Source of the DNA: Verrucomicrobiota bacterium
Lineage (GTDB): Bacteria > Verrucomicrobiota > Verrucomicrobiia > Limisphaerales > J093
DNA length: 64,000 bases
Assembly: GCA_016716505.1 (NCBI GenBank)
Contig: JADJWF010000002.1
Span: forward strand, 471,597 to 535,596
Direction of reading: 5' to 3'
How positions within the stretch are numbered: the first letter of the stretch is position 1; every line of letters begins with the position of its first letter. Position numbers and translations under genes: made by a program. Below the pieces are notes generated by a model that made no database searches, was not told where the DNA came from, and was given only the letters and a program-made list of their open reading frames with translations. Positions 36,099-44,368 of this stretch are shown here, one piece after another.

Positions 36099-37016
36099 CT
36101 ATGGTGCGGGCGTGGCGGGTTTGAGACCGCGCAGGTGCTCGTCGAACCAATCCGCCAGCAACGGCAGGTCATCGAGAATATTCGGCCAGCCGTGGGCTTT
36201 GCCCTCGCGCACGATCAGCTTCGTCGGCACGCCGGCCGCCGCCGCCTTTTCGATGAAGAGGTGCGCCTGCTGGATCGGCACCAAGCGGTCCGCGTCGCCG
36301 TGGATGATGAGCGTCGGCGCGGTTTTCGCGGTGATGAAGTTCACGGGCGAGATTTCCCGGCCCAGTTGCTGGCGCCCCTCGGGCGTGTCCGACCGCGGAC
36401 CGAAGGCAGGCTTGAAGTCCTTGAGGATTCCCACGCCCACAGCGTCCTCCCCCGGCGCGCCGTAGTTGAGGACATCGGTCGGCGGGAAGAAACAGGCCAC
36501 CGCCGCCACTGCGCTGCTCTCGCGGTCCACGGGGTCGCGGGCGTCGGCCTTGCCCGGCCCCCCTTGCGTGCCCAAGGTGAGCGACAGATGCCCGCCCGCG
36601 CTCGCGCCGAACACGCCGAGCTTGTCCGGCCGAACCCCGTACTGCGCGGCGTGATACCGGATGAACCGCACCGCGCGATGCACATCTTCGGTGATCTCCG
36701 GAATGGTGTATTTCGGCTGCGAGCCATGCACCACCGCGAACACCACGTAGCCGCGATCGAGGAAGACGCGGAAGAAGGCCGGGTTGATGGCCTCCTTCGA
36801 GGAGAAGAAGCCGCCGCTGACCATGAAGATGACCCCGAAGCCGTTGGTTGCCGCCGGTCGGAAGACATCCATCGTCAACGCCACGCCGTGTTTCCGACCG
36901 TAGATGACGTCCTCGGTGCGTTGCCAGTCGGCCGCGCGGCTGTGGAAAGTGGCCGCGAAGAGGCCCAGACCGATCAAAAGGGAGAACAGCGGAGCGGTGC
37001 GTTTCATGCGTTTCAT
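36099..37016 (-). CDS. Secreted alpha/beta hydrolase (esterase-like)
   Basis: Signal peptide MKRMKRTAPLFSLLIGLGLFAATFHSRA, nucleophile elbow GASAGGH, and an IHGDADRLVP histidine region. ATGA overlap with the upstream reductase gene. Confidence 0.8.
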   Translation of the reverse strand: MKRMKRTAPLFSLLIGLGLFAATFHSRAADWQRTEDVIYGRKHGVALTMDVFRPAATNGFGVIFMVSGGFFSSKEAINPAFFRVFLDRGYVVFAVVHGSQPKYTIPEITEDVHRAVRFIRYHAAQYGVRPDKLGVFGASAGGHLSLTLGTQGGPGKADARDPVDRESSAVAAVACFFPPTDVLNYGAPGEDAVGVGILKDFKPAFGPRSDTPEGRQQLGREISPVNFITAKTAPTLIIHGDADRLVPIQQAHLFIEKAAAAGVPTKLIVREGKAHGWPNILDDLPLLADWFDEHLRGLKPATPAP

Positions 37017-37852
37017 TGCTTTCTTGCGCGGGACGATAACCGCCGGGCTGGTGCCGGGCAATCGCCGGCTTCGGACACCTTGCGTGGCCGGACGGCGAAG
37101 ACACAGAAAAGCTCGTCGCCCACGCGCCGGCAGCGTTGCAACTCCAGCCGGGTGGCGTCCGCCAGCACCTTGGCCCCTTCCCCGCTGGCGATGGTGGGCG
37201 CCTCCTGGCCGCCGAAAACCAGCGGACAAATGGTCAGGTGGAGTTCATCCACCAGCCCGGCTTTGAACATGGCCGCGTTCAATTCGCCGCCGCCTTCGCA
37301 GAGCAAGCGTCTCACTCCCCAGCGTGCGGTCAGCCACCGCAGGGCGGCAGCAAGGTCAAGGTGCCGCTCGCCGCAGATCACCACTTCGTCGGCCGCCGCG
37401 GCCAGCCGGCGCAGGCCGCGGCGTCCGGCGCGGCGGGTGGTTAAGACGATGATGGGCGAGAATCGCTTCTGAAAGAGAGGCAGCGTGGCCGGCAGCGAAC
37501 CCGAGCCGCTGACCACCACGCGCAGATTGAACTCGGCCAGCCCCCGCTTGAGGCGTTGACGTTGGTAGCGCGGCCCGCCCGCATCGAGATGCACCTCGCC
37601 CGCCGCTGCCGTGCGCGCGCCGCACATCACGGCATCCACCGTCGCCCGCAGTTCGTACAGATGTGCAACATCCCGCCGGCTGCCGAAGGAGGACACGGCG
37701 CGATTGGCCGTGGCGATCTTGCCGTCCGCGGTCATGGCCATGTTGATCAGCACGAACGGCGGCCGGGCCCGGCGCCACTGCTGCGTGACCGCCGGTGCCG
37801 CCAGGTCAACGACGTTCGCCCGCGGCCATCCGCCCCCGGAGTTTCGAGTCAT
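37013..37852 (-). CDS. RibD C-terminal-domain reductase (diaminohydroxyphosphoribosylaminopyrimidine reductase-like), stand-alone
   Basis: Has NMAMTADGKIA and LLCEGGGELNAAMFKAGLVDELHLTICP motifs. No deaminase domain is present. ATGA overlap with the queA stop. Confidence 0.78.
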   Translation of the reverse strand: MTRNSGGGWPRANVVDLAAPAVTQQWRRARPPFVLINMAMTADGKIATANRAVSSFGSRRDVAHLYELRATVDAVMCGARTAAAGEVHLDAGGPRYQRQRLKRGLAEFNLRVVVSGSGSLPATLPLFQKRFSPIIVLTTRRAGRRGLRRLAAAADEVVICGERHLDLAAALRWLTARWGVRRLLCEGGGELNAAMFKAGLVDELHLTICPLVFGGQEAPTIASGEGAKVLADATRLELQRCRRVGDELFCVFAVRPRKVSEAGDCPAPARRLSSRARKQ

Positions 37853-38922
37853 AGGATCAGCATCGCGTCACCGTAGCTGAAGAAACGATACCGCTCCGCG
37901 ATGGCCTGCGCGTAAGCGGAAAGGATCAGCTCGCGACCGCGCTCCTCGCCCGGCGCGGCAAAAGCGCTCACCAACATCAGCAGCGTGGATTCGGGCAAAT
38001 GGAAGTTCGTGAGCAGCGCGTCCGCCACTTGGAAGCGAAACGGCGGATGGATGAAGATTCCCGTCCTGCCCCGGCCCGGCGCCAGCGCGCCTGCGCCCGC
38101 GGCCGCCACGCTCTCCAGGACGCGCACCGTTGTCGTTCCCACCGCGACCACTCGGCCACCCCCGCGCCGCGTGGCACGGATCAGTTCCACCGTCTCGCCC
38201 GGCAGCTCGTACGCCTCCTCGTGCATTCGGTGCTCGCTCAGCTTCGCCACCTTCACCGGCGCAAACGTGCCCAGCCCGACGTGCAGCGTCACGAAGCCCA
38301 CCCGGACGCCGCTGGCCCGCGCCTGATCCAGCAGTTCGCGCGTGAAATGCAGACCGGCGGTGGGCGCGGCCACGGAACCCGACGGTCGGGCAAAGACGGT
38401 CTGATAGCGGCTGGCGTCTTCAGGGCACGGCCCCTCCGGACGCGCGATGTACGGGGGCAACGGGACTTCTCCGGCGCCCTCCAGCGCGGCCTGGATGTCC
38501 GGCATTCCGGCAAACCCGAGGCGGTACAAACCCTCGTCATTCTTCTCCCGCACCGTCGCGTGAAAGGGTGCGGGCGAGCCGTCCAGACAACGAAACTCGA
38601 GGCGGGTTCCGACCCGCACCCGCTTGCCGGGTCTGAGCATCACCCACCAATCGTTTTTGCCGACTTCTTCGGCGAGCAGCACCTCGACTTCGCCCCCCGT
38701 GCCGGGCTTGTAAGCGCGCAGGCGCGCCGGGATGACCCGCGAATCGTTGAGAATCAGGGCGTCGCCCGGCCGGAGGTAGTTGAGCAGATCGGTGAAGCGC
38801 CGATGCTCAATCGTGCCGTCGGTGCGATGCAGGACCAGCAAACGGGACCCCGCGCGCTGGGCTGCCGGCACCTGCGCGATCAGCTCCGCCGGCAGTTCGT
38901 AATGAAAGTCGGCCGTTCGCAC
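37849..38922 (-). CDS. queA: S-adenosylmethionine:tRNA ribosyltransferase-isomerase
   Basis: 357 aa with a full-length QueA pattern (DFHYELPAELIAQ, PPYI, TAGLHFT, VGTTTVRVLES). Confidence 0.93.
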   Translation of the reverse strand: MRTADFHYELPAELIAQVPAAQRAGSRLLVLHRTDGTIEHRRFTDLLNYLRPGDALILNDSRVIPARLRAYKPGTGGEVEVLLAEEVGKNDWWVMLRPGKRVRVGTRLEFRCLDGSPAPFHATVREKNDEGLYRLGFAGMPDIQAALEGAGEVPLPPYIARPEGPCPEDASRYQTVFARPSGSVAAPTAGLHFTRELLDQARASGVRVGFVTLHVGLGTFAPVKVAKLSEHRMHEEAYELPGETVELIRATRRGGGRVVAVGTTTVRVLESVAAAGAGALAPGRGRTGIFIHPPFRFQVADALLTNFHLPESTLLMLVSAFAAPGEERGRELILSAYAQAIAERYRFFSYGDAMLIL

Positions 38923-38932
38923 GCGCTGGTCG

Positions 38933-39877
38933 TCACGCCGGCGTACCGAACCGGCGCAGGAAGTCCTCGTACGCGCCGCGAATCCCAGCGTCGAAATCCA
39001 CCTCCGGTCGCCAGCCCAGGGAGAAAATGCGGGAGCTGTCCATCAGCTTGCGGGGCGTGCCATCGGGCTTGGTCGGGTCCCAGGCAATCTCCCCGGCGTA
39101 ACCGACCACCCGCGCGACCCGTTCCGCCAGTTCCTTGATGGTGAGATCCCAACCGCTGCCGACGTTGATGAACTGCTCTTCGCTGTACTCGCGCATGAGG
39201 AACACGCACGCCCGGCCCAGGTCGTCCGCGTGCAGGAATTCGCGGCGCGGTGTGCCGGTGCCCCAGCACACGACCCGCGGCGCGCGGGCCACCTTCGCTT
39301 CGTGGAACCGGCGGATCAGCGCCGGCAGGACATGCGAGTTCAGCGGATCATAGTTGTCGTTGGGACCGTAGAGATTAGTGGGCATGGCGCTGATAAAGTC
39401 GCAGCCATGTTGCCGGCGATAGGCCTGGCAGAGCTTGATGCCGGCGATCTTTGCGATGGCGTACCATTCGTTCGTCGGCTCCAGGGGCCCAGTCAGCAGC
39501 GACTCCTCGCGCAGGGGCTGCGGGGCCAGCTTCGGGTAGATGCACGAACTGCCGAGGAACAGCAGCCTGCGCACGCCGGCGCGCCAGGCCTCGTGGATCA
39601 CGTTGCACTCGAGCACGAGGTTGTTGAAGAGGAAGTCGGCCGGGAAATCGTTGTTGGCCTTGATGCCGCCGACCTTCGCCGCCGCCACGAAGACAAACTC
39701 CGGCCGCTCCTCGGCGAAGAACCGGCGGACCGCCGCCGCATCGAGCAAATCCAGCTCCGCGTGGGTCCGGCCGATCAGGCGGGTGAAGCCTTCGCGCTCG
39801 AGGGCGCGCCAGATGGCGCTGCCCACCAGGCCGCGGTGGCCGGCCACGTAAATCCTCGCGTCGCGTGCCATCTCCAT
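38933..39877 (-). CDS. fcl: GDP-L-fucose synthase
   Basis: 314 aa with [28 protein letters not shown] and TNLYGPNDN motifs. Confidence 0.93.
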   Translation of the reverse strand: MEMARDARIYVAGHRGLVGSAIWRALEREGFTRLIGRTHAELDLLDAAAVRRFFAEERPEFVFVAAAKVGGIKANNDFPADFLFNNLVLECNVIHEAWRAGVRRLLFLGSSCIYPKLAPQPLREESLLTGPLEPTNEWYAIAKIAGIKLCQAYRRQHGCDFISAMPTNLYGPNDNYDPLNSHVLPALIRRFHEAKVARAPRVVCWGTGTPRREFLHADDLGRACVFLMREYSEEQFINVGSGWDLTIKELAERVARVVGYAGEIAWDPTKPDGTPRKLMDSSRIFSLGWRPEVDFDAGIRGAYEDFLRRFGTPA

Positions 39878-40112
39878 GATGGCCGCAGGTTAAGCGCCGC
39901 CCCGCCTGAAGCAAGCCGGAGCGGCCGTCAACGCGCCGGGAAAGCTGAAGAGGGAGGGGCCGGCGGACGGTTGAAGCCCATCCCGTGGCAGGCACCAGTT
40001 CTGCGCCGCCGCGGCCACCATTCGCTGGCCCAAAAGCGTCCTCCGCCGGTGGTAGCGAGCGGCATGGTTTCTCCGCTTGTTCGCTCCGCGGCATCGGCCT
40101 ACGCTGCTGACC

Positions 40113-40182
40113 GGCAATGGAGTTTGCCGTCTGGCTCGTCCAGAAAACCGCCTGAATCGTTTTCAGCGCTGATGACTCCTGC
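40113..40182 (+). promoter_or_regulatory. Fluoride riboswitch (crcB motif), variant with an inserted hairpin
   Basis: GGCAA-TGGAGT-TTGCC (P1 enclosing the 5' pseudoknot strand), an extra hairpin TCTGG-CTCGT-CCAGA, AAACCGCC, a P3 hairpin, then GCGCTGATGACTCCTGC. ACTCC pairs with GGAGT. The conserved AAAC..GCC and CUGAUGAnUCCU blocks are present. It lies 146 nt upstream of a DUF190 gene. Confidence 0.75.
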
Positions 40183-40327
40183 CGAACTGCGGAAGCTGAT
40201 CGGTGGCGAAGTGATGTGGAGTCAGCTCCAGACCGGGCGGCCGAACGCGCAGGCAAGCGCGTCCGAAGCCCTCGCTTTCCACGCCACGGGTTGGCGTTGA
40301 GGCGAATGTTCCCGAACCCATCCGTTT

Positions 40328-40687
40328 ATGCATCTCCCCCATGAAGCCATGCTGCTGCGGATTTTCCTTGGCGAATCCGACCGCTGGCAGCACCGCCCGC
40401 TCTACGAAGCCATCGTCCTCAAGGCGCGCGAGGCGCACCTGGCCGGCGCCACCGTGCTGCGCGGACCGATGGGCTTCGGCAAATCCAGCCGGCTCCACAC
40501 GGCGAAAATCCTCCGCCTCTCGATGGACCTGCCCCTGGTCATCGAAATCGTGGACACCGAGGAGAAGATCCAGGCTTTCCTGCCTGTGCTGGACGAAATG
40601 ATGCAGGGCGGTTTGGTCACGCTGGAAAAGGTGAAGGTGATTGACTACCGCGCCGGCCCGGAGGCCGAGGCCTCGCCGGAAATCTGA
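40328..40687 (+). CDS. DUF190 (PII-like, COG1993) protein
   Basis: 119 aa. LRIFLGESDRWQHRPLYEAIVLKAREAHLAGATVLRGPMGFG is the typical DUF190 core. Confidence 0.8.
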   Translation: MHLPHEAMLLRIFLGESDRWQHRPLYEAIVLKAREAHLAGATVLRGPMGFGKSSRLHTAKILRLSMDLPLVIEIVDTEEKIQAFLPVLDEMMQGGLVTLEKVKVIDYRAGPEAEASPEI

Positions 40688-40699
40688 ACCCGCCCGATC

Positions 40700-41914
40700 A
40701 TGGACAACATCTGGTTCATCGCCGCGTTTTGGATGGGGCTGGCGCTGCTGGCCAGCTTGATCTCCATCCGGCTGGGCATCTCGGTCGCCTTGATCGAGAT
40801 ACTCGTGGGCGTGGTGGTCGGCAATCTGCATGGCCCGGGCCAGGCGCCGCTCCTGCACACGACCGAATGGACCAACTTCCTGGCGATGCTCGGCAGCGGC
40901 GTGCTGACGTTTCTGGCCGGGGCGGAAATTGACCCCGCCTCGCTCAAGGCCAACCTGCGAGCCAGCATGACCATCGGGGTCGTCTCATTTTTGCTGCCGT
41001 TTCTGGGCGTGTGGTTCTTTGCGCAATACGTCCTGCACTGGCCGTTGCACCAGGCCTGGATCGCGGGCATCGCGCTGTCCACCACCAGCGTGGCGGTGGT
41101 CTATGCGGTGATGATCGAAGGCGGGTTGGGCAGCACGCCGCTGGGCAAAACGCTGCTGGCCGCCTGCTTCATCACCGACTTCGGCACGGTGCTGGCGCTG
41201 GGCGTCCTGTTCGCCGACTTCAACCTCTGGCTCATCGTCTTCGTCGGCGTGTCGGCGGTGCTGCTCTGGTTCATGCCGCGCTGGACGCGCTTCATCATCA
41301 CCCGGCTGGGCGCGACGCGCGTGAGCGAGCCGGAGGTGAAGTTCCTCTTCCTGGTCTTGTTCTTCCTCGGCGGGTTGGCGTCCACCGCCAAGAGTGAGGC
41401 CGTGCTGCCGGCCTATCTGCTGGGCCTCGTCGTCGCCGGCGTGTTTCTGCGCGACAAGACCCTCGTGCATCGGATGCGTTCCATCGCCTTCGCCATCTTC
41501 ACGCCGTTCTACTTCATTAAGGCGGGCCTGTTTGTCTCGCTGCCGGCGCTGTGGTCCGCCCTGGGCGTCATCGCGCTGCTGCTGGCGATGAAACTGGCGA
41601 CCAAGTATGTCGGCGTCTGGCCGCTCTCACGCGTGTTCTGGATGCGGTCGCGCGAGGCGAATTACACCGCGCTGCTGATGTCCACCGGGCTGACCTTTGG
41701 CACCATCTCCGCCCTGTTCGGCCTGCAAAACCAGATTATCAGTCAGGAGCAGTACTCCGTGCTGGTGACGGTCGTCATCCTGAGCGCGTTCGTACCGACG
41801 CTGATCGCCCAAAAGTTTTTCCAGCCGACCCTGCGGACGATGAACGCGTGGGGCCGACTCTACCAACGCAAGGTCAACGGCAAATCCACTGCCCCACCGA
41901 CCATCGGAAAGTGA
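40700..41914 (+). CDS. Cation:proton antiporter (CPA2/Kef-type Na+/H+ exchanger family)
   Basis: 404-aa polytopic protein with a sodium/hydrogen-exchanger-family layout (GISVALIEILVGVVVGN, FLAGAEID). Confidence 0.85.
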   Translation: MDNIWFIAAFWMGLALLASLISIRLGISVALIEILVGVVVGNLHGPGQAPLLHTTEWTNFLAMLGSGVLTFLAGAEIDPASLKANLRASMTIGVVSFLLPFLGVWFFAQYVLHWPLHQAWIAGIALSTTSVAVVYAVMIEGGLGSTPLGKTLLAACFITDFGTVLALGVLFADFNLWLIVFVGVSAVLLWFMPRWTRFIITRLGATRVSEPEVKFLFLVLFFLGGLASTAKSEAVLPAYLLGLVVAGVFLRDKTLVHRMRSIAFAIFTPFYFIKAGLFVSLPALWSALGVIALLLAMKLATKYVGVWPLSRVFWMRSREANYTALLMSTGLTFGTISALFGLQNQIISQEQYSVLVTVVILSAFVPTLIAQKFFQPTLRTMNAWGRLYQRKVNGKSTAPPTIGK

Positions 41915-41921
41915 GGCCATC

Positions 41922-42347
41922 ATGTTTCAGAAAATACTTGTCGGTTACGACGGCTCGAAAGGCGGGCGCGCCGCGCTTGAGCGCGCCGCGGCGCTCGCCC
42001 GCGAAGGCAACGCGCAACTGACCGCCATCTGGGTCCGCCAACCCCTGCCCCGACACGCCGACCTGCCCGGCGAACCAGAAGGTGAGGAGGAAGCGGCACA
42101 CGACTACTTCGCGGAGCGCAAACGCGAAGTCGAGGAGGTGGCCAAACGGTTTGGTGTCCCCATCACCTGCGAGAGCAAGGCCGGCCACGCCGCCAAGGTC
42201 ATCGTCAACTTCGCCAAGGAAAAGGGCTTTGACCTCATCGTCGTCGGCCACAGCGATCATTCCGAACTCTGGGGCCGCCTGCTCGGCGACACCGCCGACC
42301 GCATCAGCGATCACGCCCATTGCAGCGTGCTGATTGTGAAGGCGTGA
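41922..42347 (+). CDS. Universal stress protein (UspA family)
   Basis: 141 aa: MFQKILVGYDGS...DLIVVGHSDHSELWGRLLGDTADRISDHAHCSVLIV. Confidence 0.85.
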   Translation: MFQKILVGYDGSKGGRAALERAAALAREGNAQLTAIWVRQPLPRHADLPGEPEGEEEAAHDYFAERKREVEEVAKRFGVPITCESKAGHAAKVIVNFAKEKGFDLIVVGHSDHSELWGRLLGDTADRISDHAHCSVLIVKA

Positions 42348-42419
42348 ACCGGCCTGCCCGGGTCGCCCAAGGCAAGCTTCGCCATTTGCCATCGGCTGCT
42401 CCAAGGCCAGCAGCACGTC

Positions 42420-43011
42420 GGGCTGGGCCTCGTTGCTGATCGTAGATCAAGCGTTCCGGAACACAGCGAGCGAGGCCTCGCGAGCCAGATCGGGGCGGCC
42501 AGCGTGGGTGAGATGCTGCCCCCTTAACCCGCGAGATCATGTTCATCGCGCGCCACCTCGCCGGCACCCGGAGCGGACGCCGCGCCCGGGCGAAGTCTCC
42601 CAGCTCGCCCAGCGGCTGATGCAACACCTCGGCGTACAGGAAGACCAGCGCGTTCAACGCCTGATTCTGCGTCGAGGCGGACACCCGGCCTGCGGTGGCC
42701 AAATGGGTCAGAAACGCCGTGACCTCGGCTGCCCCCATCTCCCGGGGGTGCCGCCACGCCTCCGGCCCGGCGATTCCCGGCCGCTTGTGGAATCGCAAGT
42801 ACCGCACGATCCACTGCCAGTACGCCTCCTCCGTGCGCTGCGAGTAATGGAAGAAGCGCATCACCTCGTGGACCTGCTCCCGCAACGAAGCCCTGGGATT
42901 GGGTTGCAGCCGGCCCAGGGGCCGCTGTCGCGCTGGTGGCGTGCTAGGCGACAAAAAATCGGGCGAGGCTGGCGAATTCAACGGCTTGACAGGCAGTTGA
43001 GAAACCTTCAC
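42420..43011 (-). pseudogene. intI: Integron-integrase-like tyrosine recombinase, N-terminal fragment (frame lost, catalytic domain absent)
   Basis: LREQVHEVMRFFHYSQRTEEAYWQWIVRYLRFH...AAEVTAFLTHLATAGRVSASTQNQALNALVFLYAEVLHQPLGELGDFARARRPLRVP matches the pattern of IntI N-terminal SAM-like domains. After RRPLRVP the expected VVL..EV..L.G continues only in another frame (GAGEVARDEHDLAG, then stop). No R-H-R-Y catalytic domain follows. The maximal ORF (to 42304) runs into the usp 3' end. Confidence 0.7.
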
Positions 43012-43087
43012 CCTGCGTAATCATCGATATAGTCACAACCGTTGAAATGCAACTGTCGCTCACTTAACTGATGGGCGAAGAGAAACT

Positions 43088-43450
43088 ATGCCAAATCGCA
43101 GACTCACTGACAAAGAGCTTCAAGATTTGTTTCGCCCGTTATACGAGCAGGTGACCGGGCGTATGCAGGAGTTGAGTCGTGGCGCTTCGGATTTGCTTTG
43201 GGCACTCCGCCGCAAGCTGGCCAAGAGTTTGGTGTACGACGAGCGGGGCACTCCGATGCACCGTCGCCGCATCAAGACGCTCAAGCGTGCAGAGCAGCAG
43301 GGACTTTGTGCCATTTGCCGCGAGCCTTTGCCCGAACGTGGCGCAGTGCTGGATCGTTTGGAGGCTATGCAGGGGTACACACTCGCCAATACTCGCTTGC
43401 TTTGCCGTGAGTGTGATGAGCGAGTACAGGCGGAGCGGAAGTACACATGA
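43088..43450 (+). CDS. Small HNH-like zinc-ribbon protein (catalytic His replaced)
   Basis: 120 aa. The C-terminal CAICREPLPERGAVLDRLEAMQGYTLANTRLLCRECDERV follows the CxxC...DH...N...CxxC(H) HNH layout but has DR and D at the His positions. It sits in a lower-GC context and is the first ORF after the intI remnant. Confidence 0.5.
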   Translation: MPNRRLTDKELQDLFRPLYEQVTGRMQELSRGASDLLWALRRKLAKSLVYDERGTPMHRRRIKTLKRAEQQGLCAICREPLPERGAVLDRLEAMQGYTLANTRLLCRECDERVQAERKYT

Positions 43451-43476
43451 GCATTGCCGCGCCCATCCATGCAGTC

Positions 43477-43565
43477 GAGCGAACCGCGAGCCAGCCGACC
43501 GGCTCGCTTGGTAAAGGCGGCGTCAGGGGCGGCTGGCTCGCGGTCGCTCACTTTTTACGTTAGCC
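43477..43565 (+). repeat. attC-like partial site / terminator hairpin (site 1)
   Basis: GAGCGAACCGCGAGCCAGCCG (43477-43497) pairs with CGGCTGGCTCGCGGTCGCTC (43530-43549), with one extra A in the 5' arm. This is followed by ACTTTTTAC and GTTAGCC (43559-43565). I found no RYYYAAC-like box on the 5' side. Confidence 0.4.
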
Positions 43566-43615
43566 CGTGACGTCGCGGGCGAGTCGAACACGCACAGCAA
43601 CCAGAAACGCCCACC

Positions 43616-44311
43616 ATGAAAACAACCGTCAGAACCACGAAAGGAATCGCAGTCGCAATCACGGCGCTGGCGTTGGCCAGCGCGAGCGTCACTCAACTCC
43701 AAAAACACTCCGAACCGGGCACGTATTATTCGGCCAAGGATTTCGAGTGGAGTCCCCCGTGGCCGTTCCACCCGCATCCAGAACTCGATGCGGTCGAGAT
43801 CGAGCCGGGCATTTTCGTCTTTGACGACACGACCATCCCAGACACGCCGCAGCAGGCTGAGGCACGCAAGCGGCACGAGCAGGCGGCGGCGCACGCCGCC
43901 GCCATCGCGGCTGACCCCGTCCTTGCCGCAGCAGCGCGACAAACAGCCGAGGAAGCCGCGCGTCAGGCCGAGGCGAAATGGCAAGAGAAGAAGGCCGCGC
44001 TTGCGCCACAGATACGGGCACTGATTCCGCCCGGACAAGCGACCAGCGAGCAAAAGCAGCAAGATGGCGAAGCGGAATTCGCAGCACTGCGTGAGCAGGC
44101 GGTGCGCTCCGCAGCGGAACAGCCAGCCAAGGAGCGCGCACTCGACGAACTGGCCAAGCGGCTCGGCGTGCCGCGCGAGATTCAGGAATCAGATGGGCGG
44201 ACGTTGATTCTGACGGACGAAATTGCTGGTTCACCGGCCTACCTGAGCAGCCACAACACGGTGGCGGCGGCGGGCATCAGCGCGGACGAGTTGTGGCCGC
44301 TCGGTGCCTGA
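43616..44311 (+). CDS. N-terminal segment (signal peptide, Ala/Gln-rich linker, pre-catalytic region) of an S8 peptidase, ended by an in-frame TGA
   Basis: Signal peptide MKTTVRTTKGIAVAITALALASA. The C-terminal NTVAAAGISADELWP is the segment that normally precedes the Asp box of subtilases. It is in the same frame as the following ORF. Confidence 0.7.
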   Translation: MKTTVRTTKGIAVAITALALASASVTQLQKHSEPGTYYSAKDFEWSPPWPFHPHPELDAVEIEPGIFVFDDTTIPDTPQQAEARKRHEQAAAHAAAIAADPVLAAAARQTAEEAARQAEAKWQEKKAALAPQIRALIPPGQATSEQKQQDGEAEFAALREQAVRSAAEQPAKERALDELAKRLGVPREIQESDGRTLILTDEIAGSPAYLSSHNTVAAAGISADELWPLGA

Positions 44312-44368
44312 CCTAATTCGGACAGCAACACGGGGCGGAATCTGACCGGCACAAATGTCACGCTGGCC

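Noticed and set aside
39230-40300. 356-aa plus-strand ORF
   Set aside because: It is antisense to fcl for most of its length and then runs through the fluoride riboswitch, with Arg/Ala/Gly-rich composition.
42433-43020. 195-aa plus-strand ORF
   Set aside because: It is antisense to the intI-like fragment, which has a clear family signature, and the product is Arg/Pro-rich.
44309-44311. The TGA as a selenocysteine codon
   Set aside because: I could not find a convincing SECIS-like hairpin within the 40 nt downstream. The position is a non-catalytic linker where Sec has no precedent known to me. A nonsense mutation or a sequencing error is more parsimonious.
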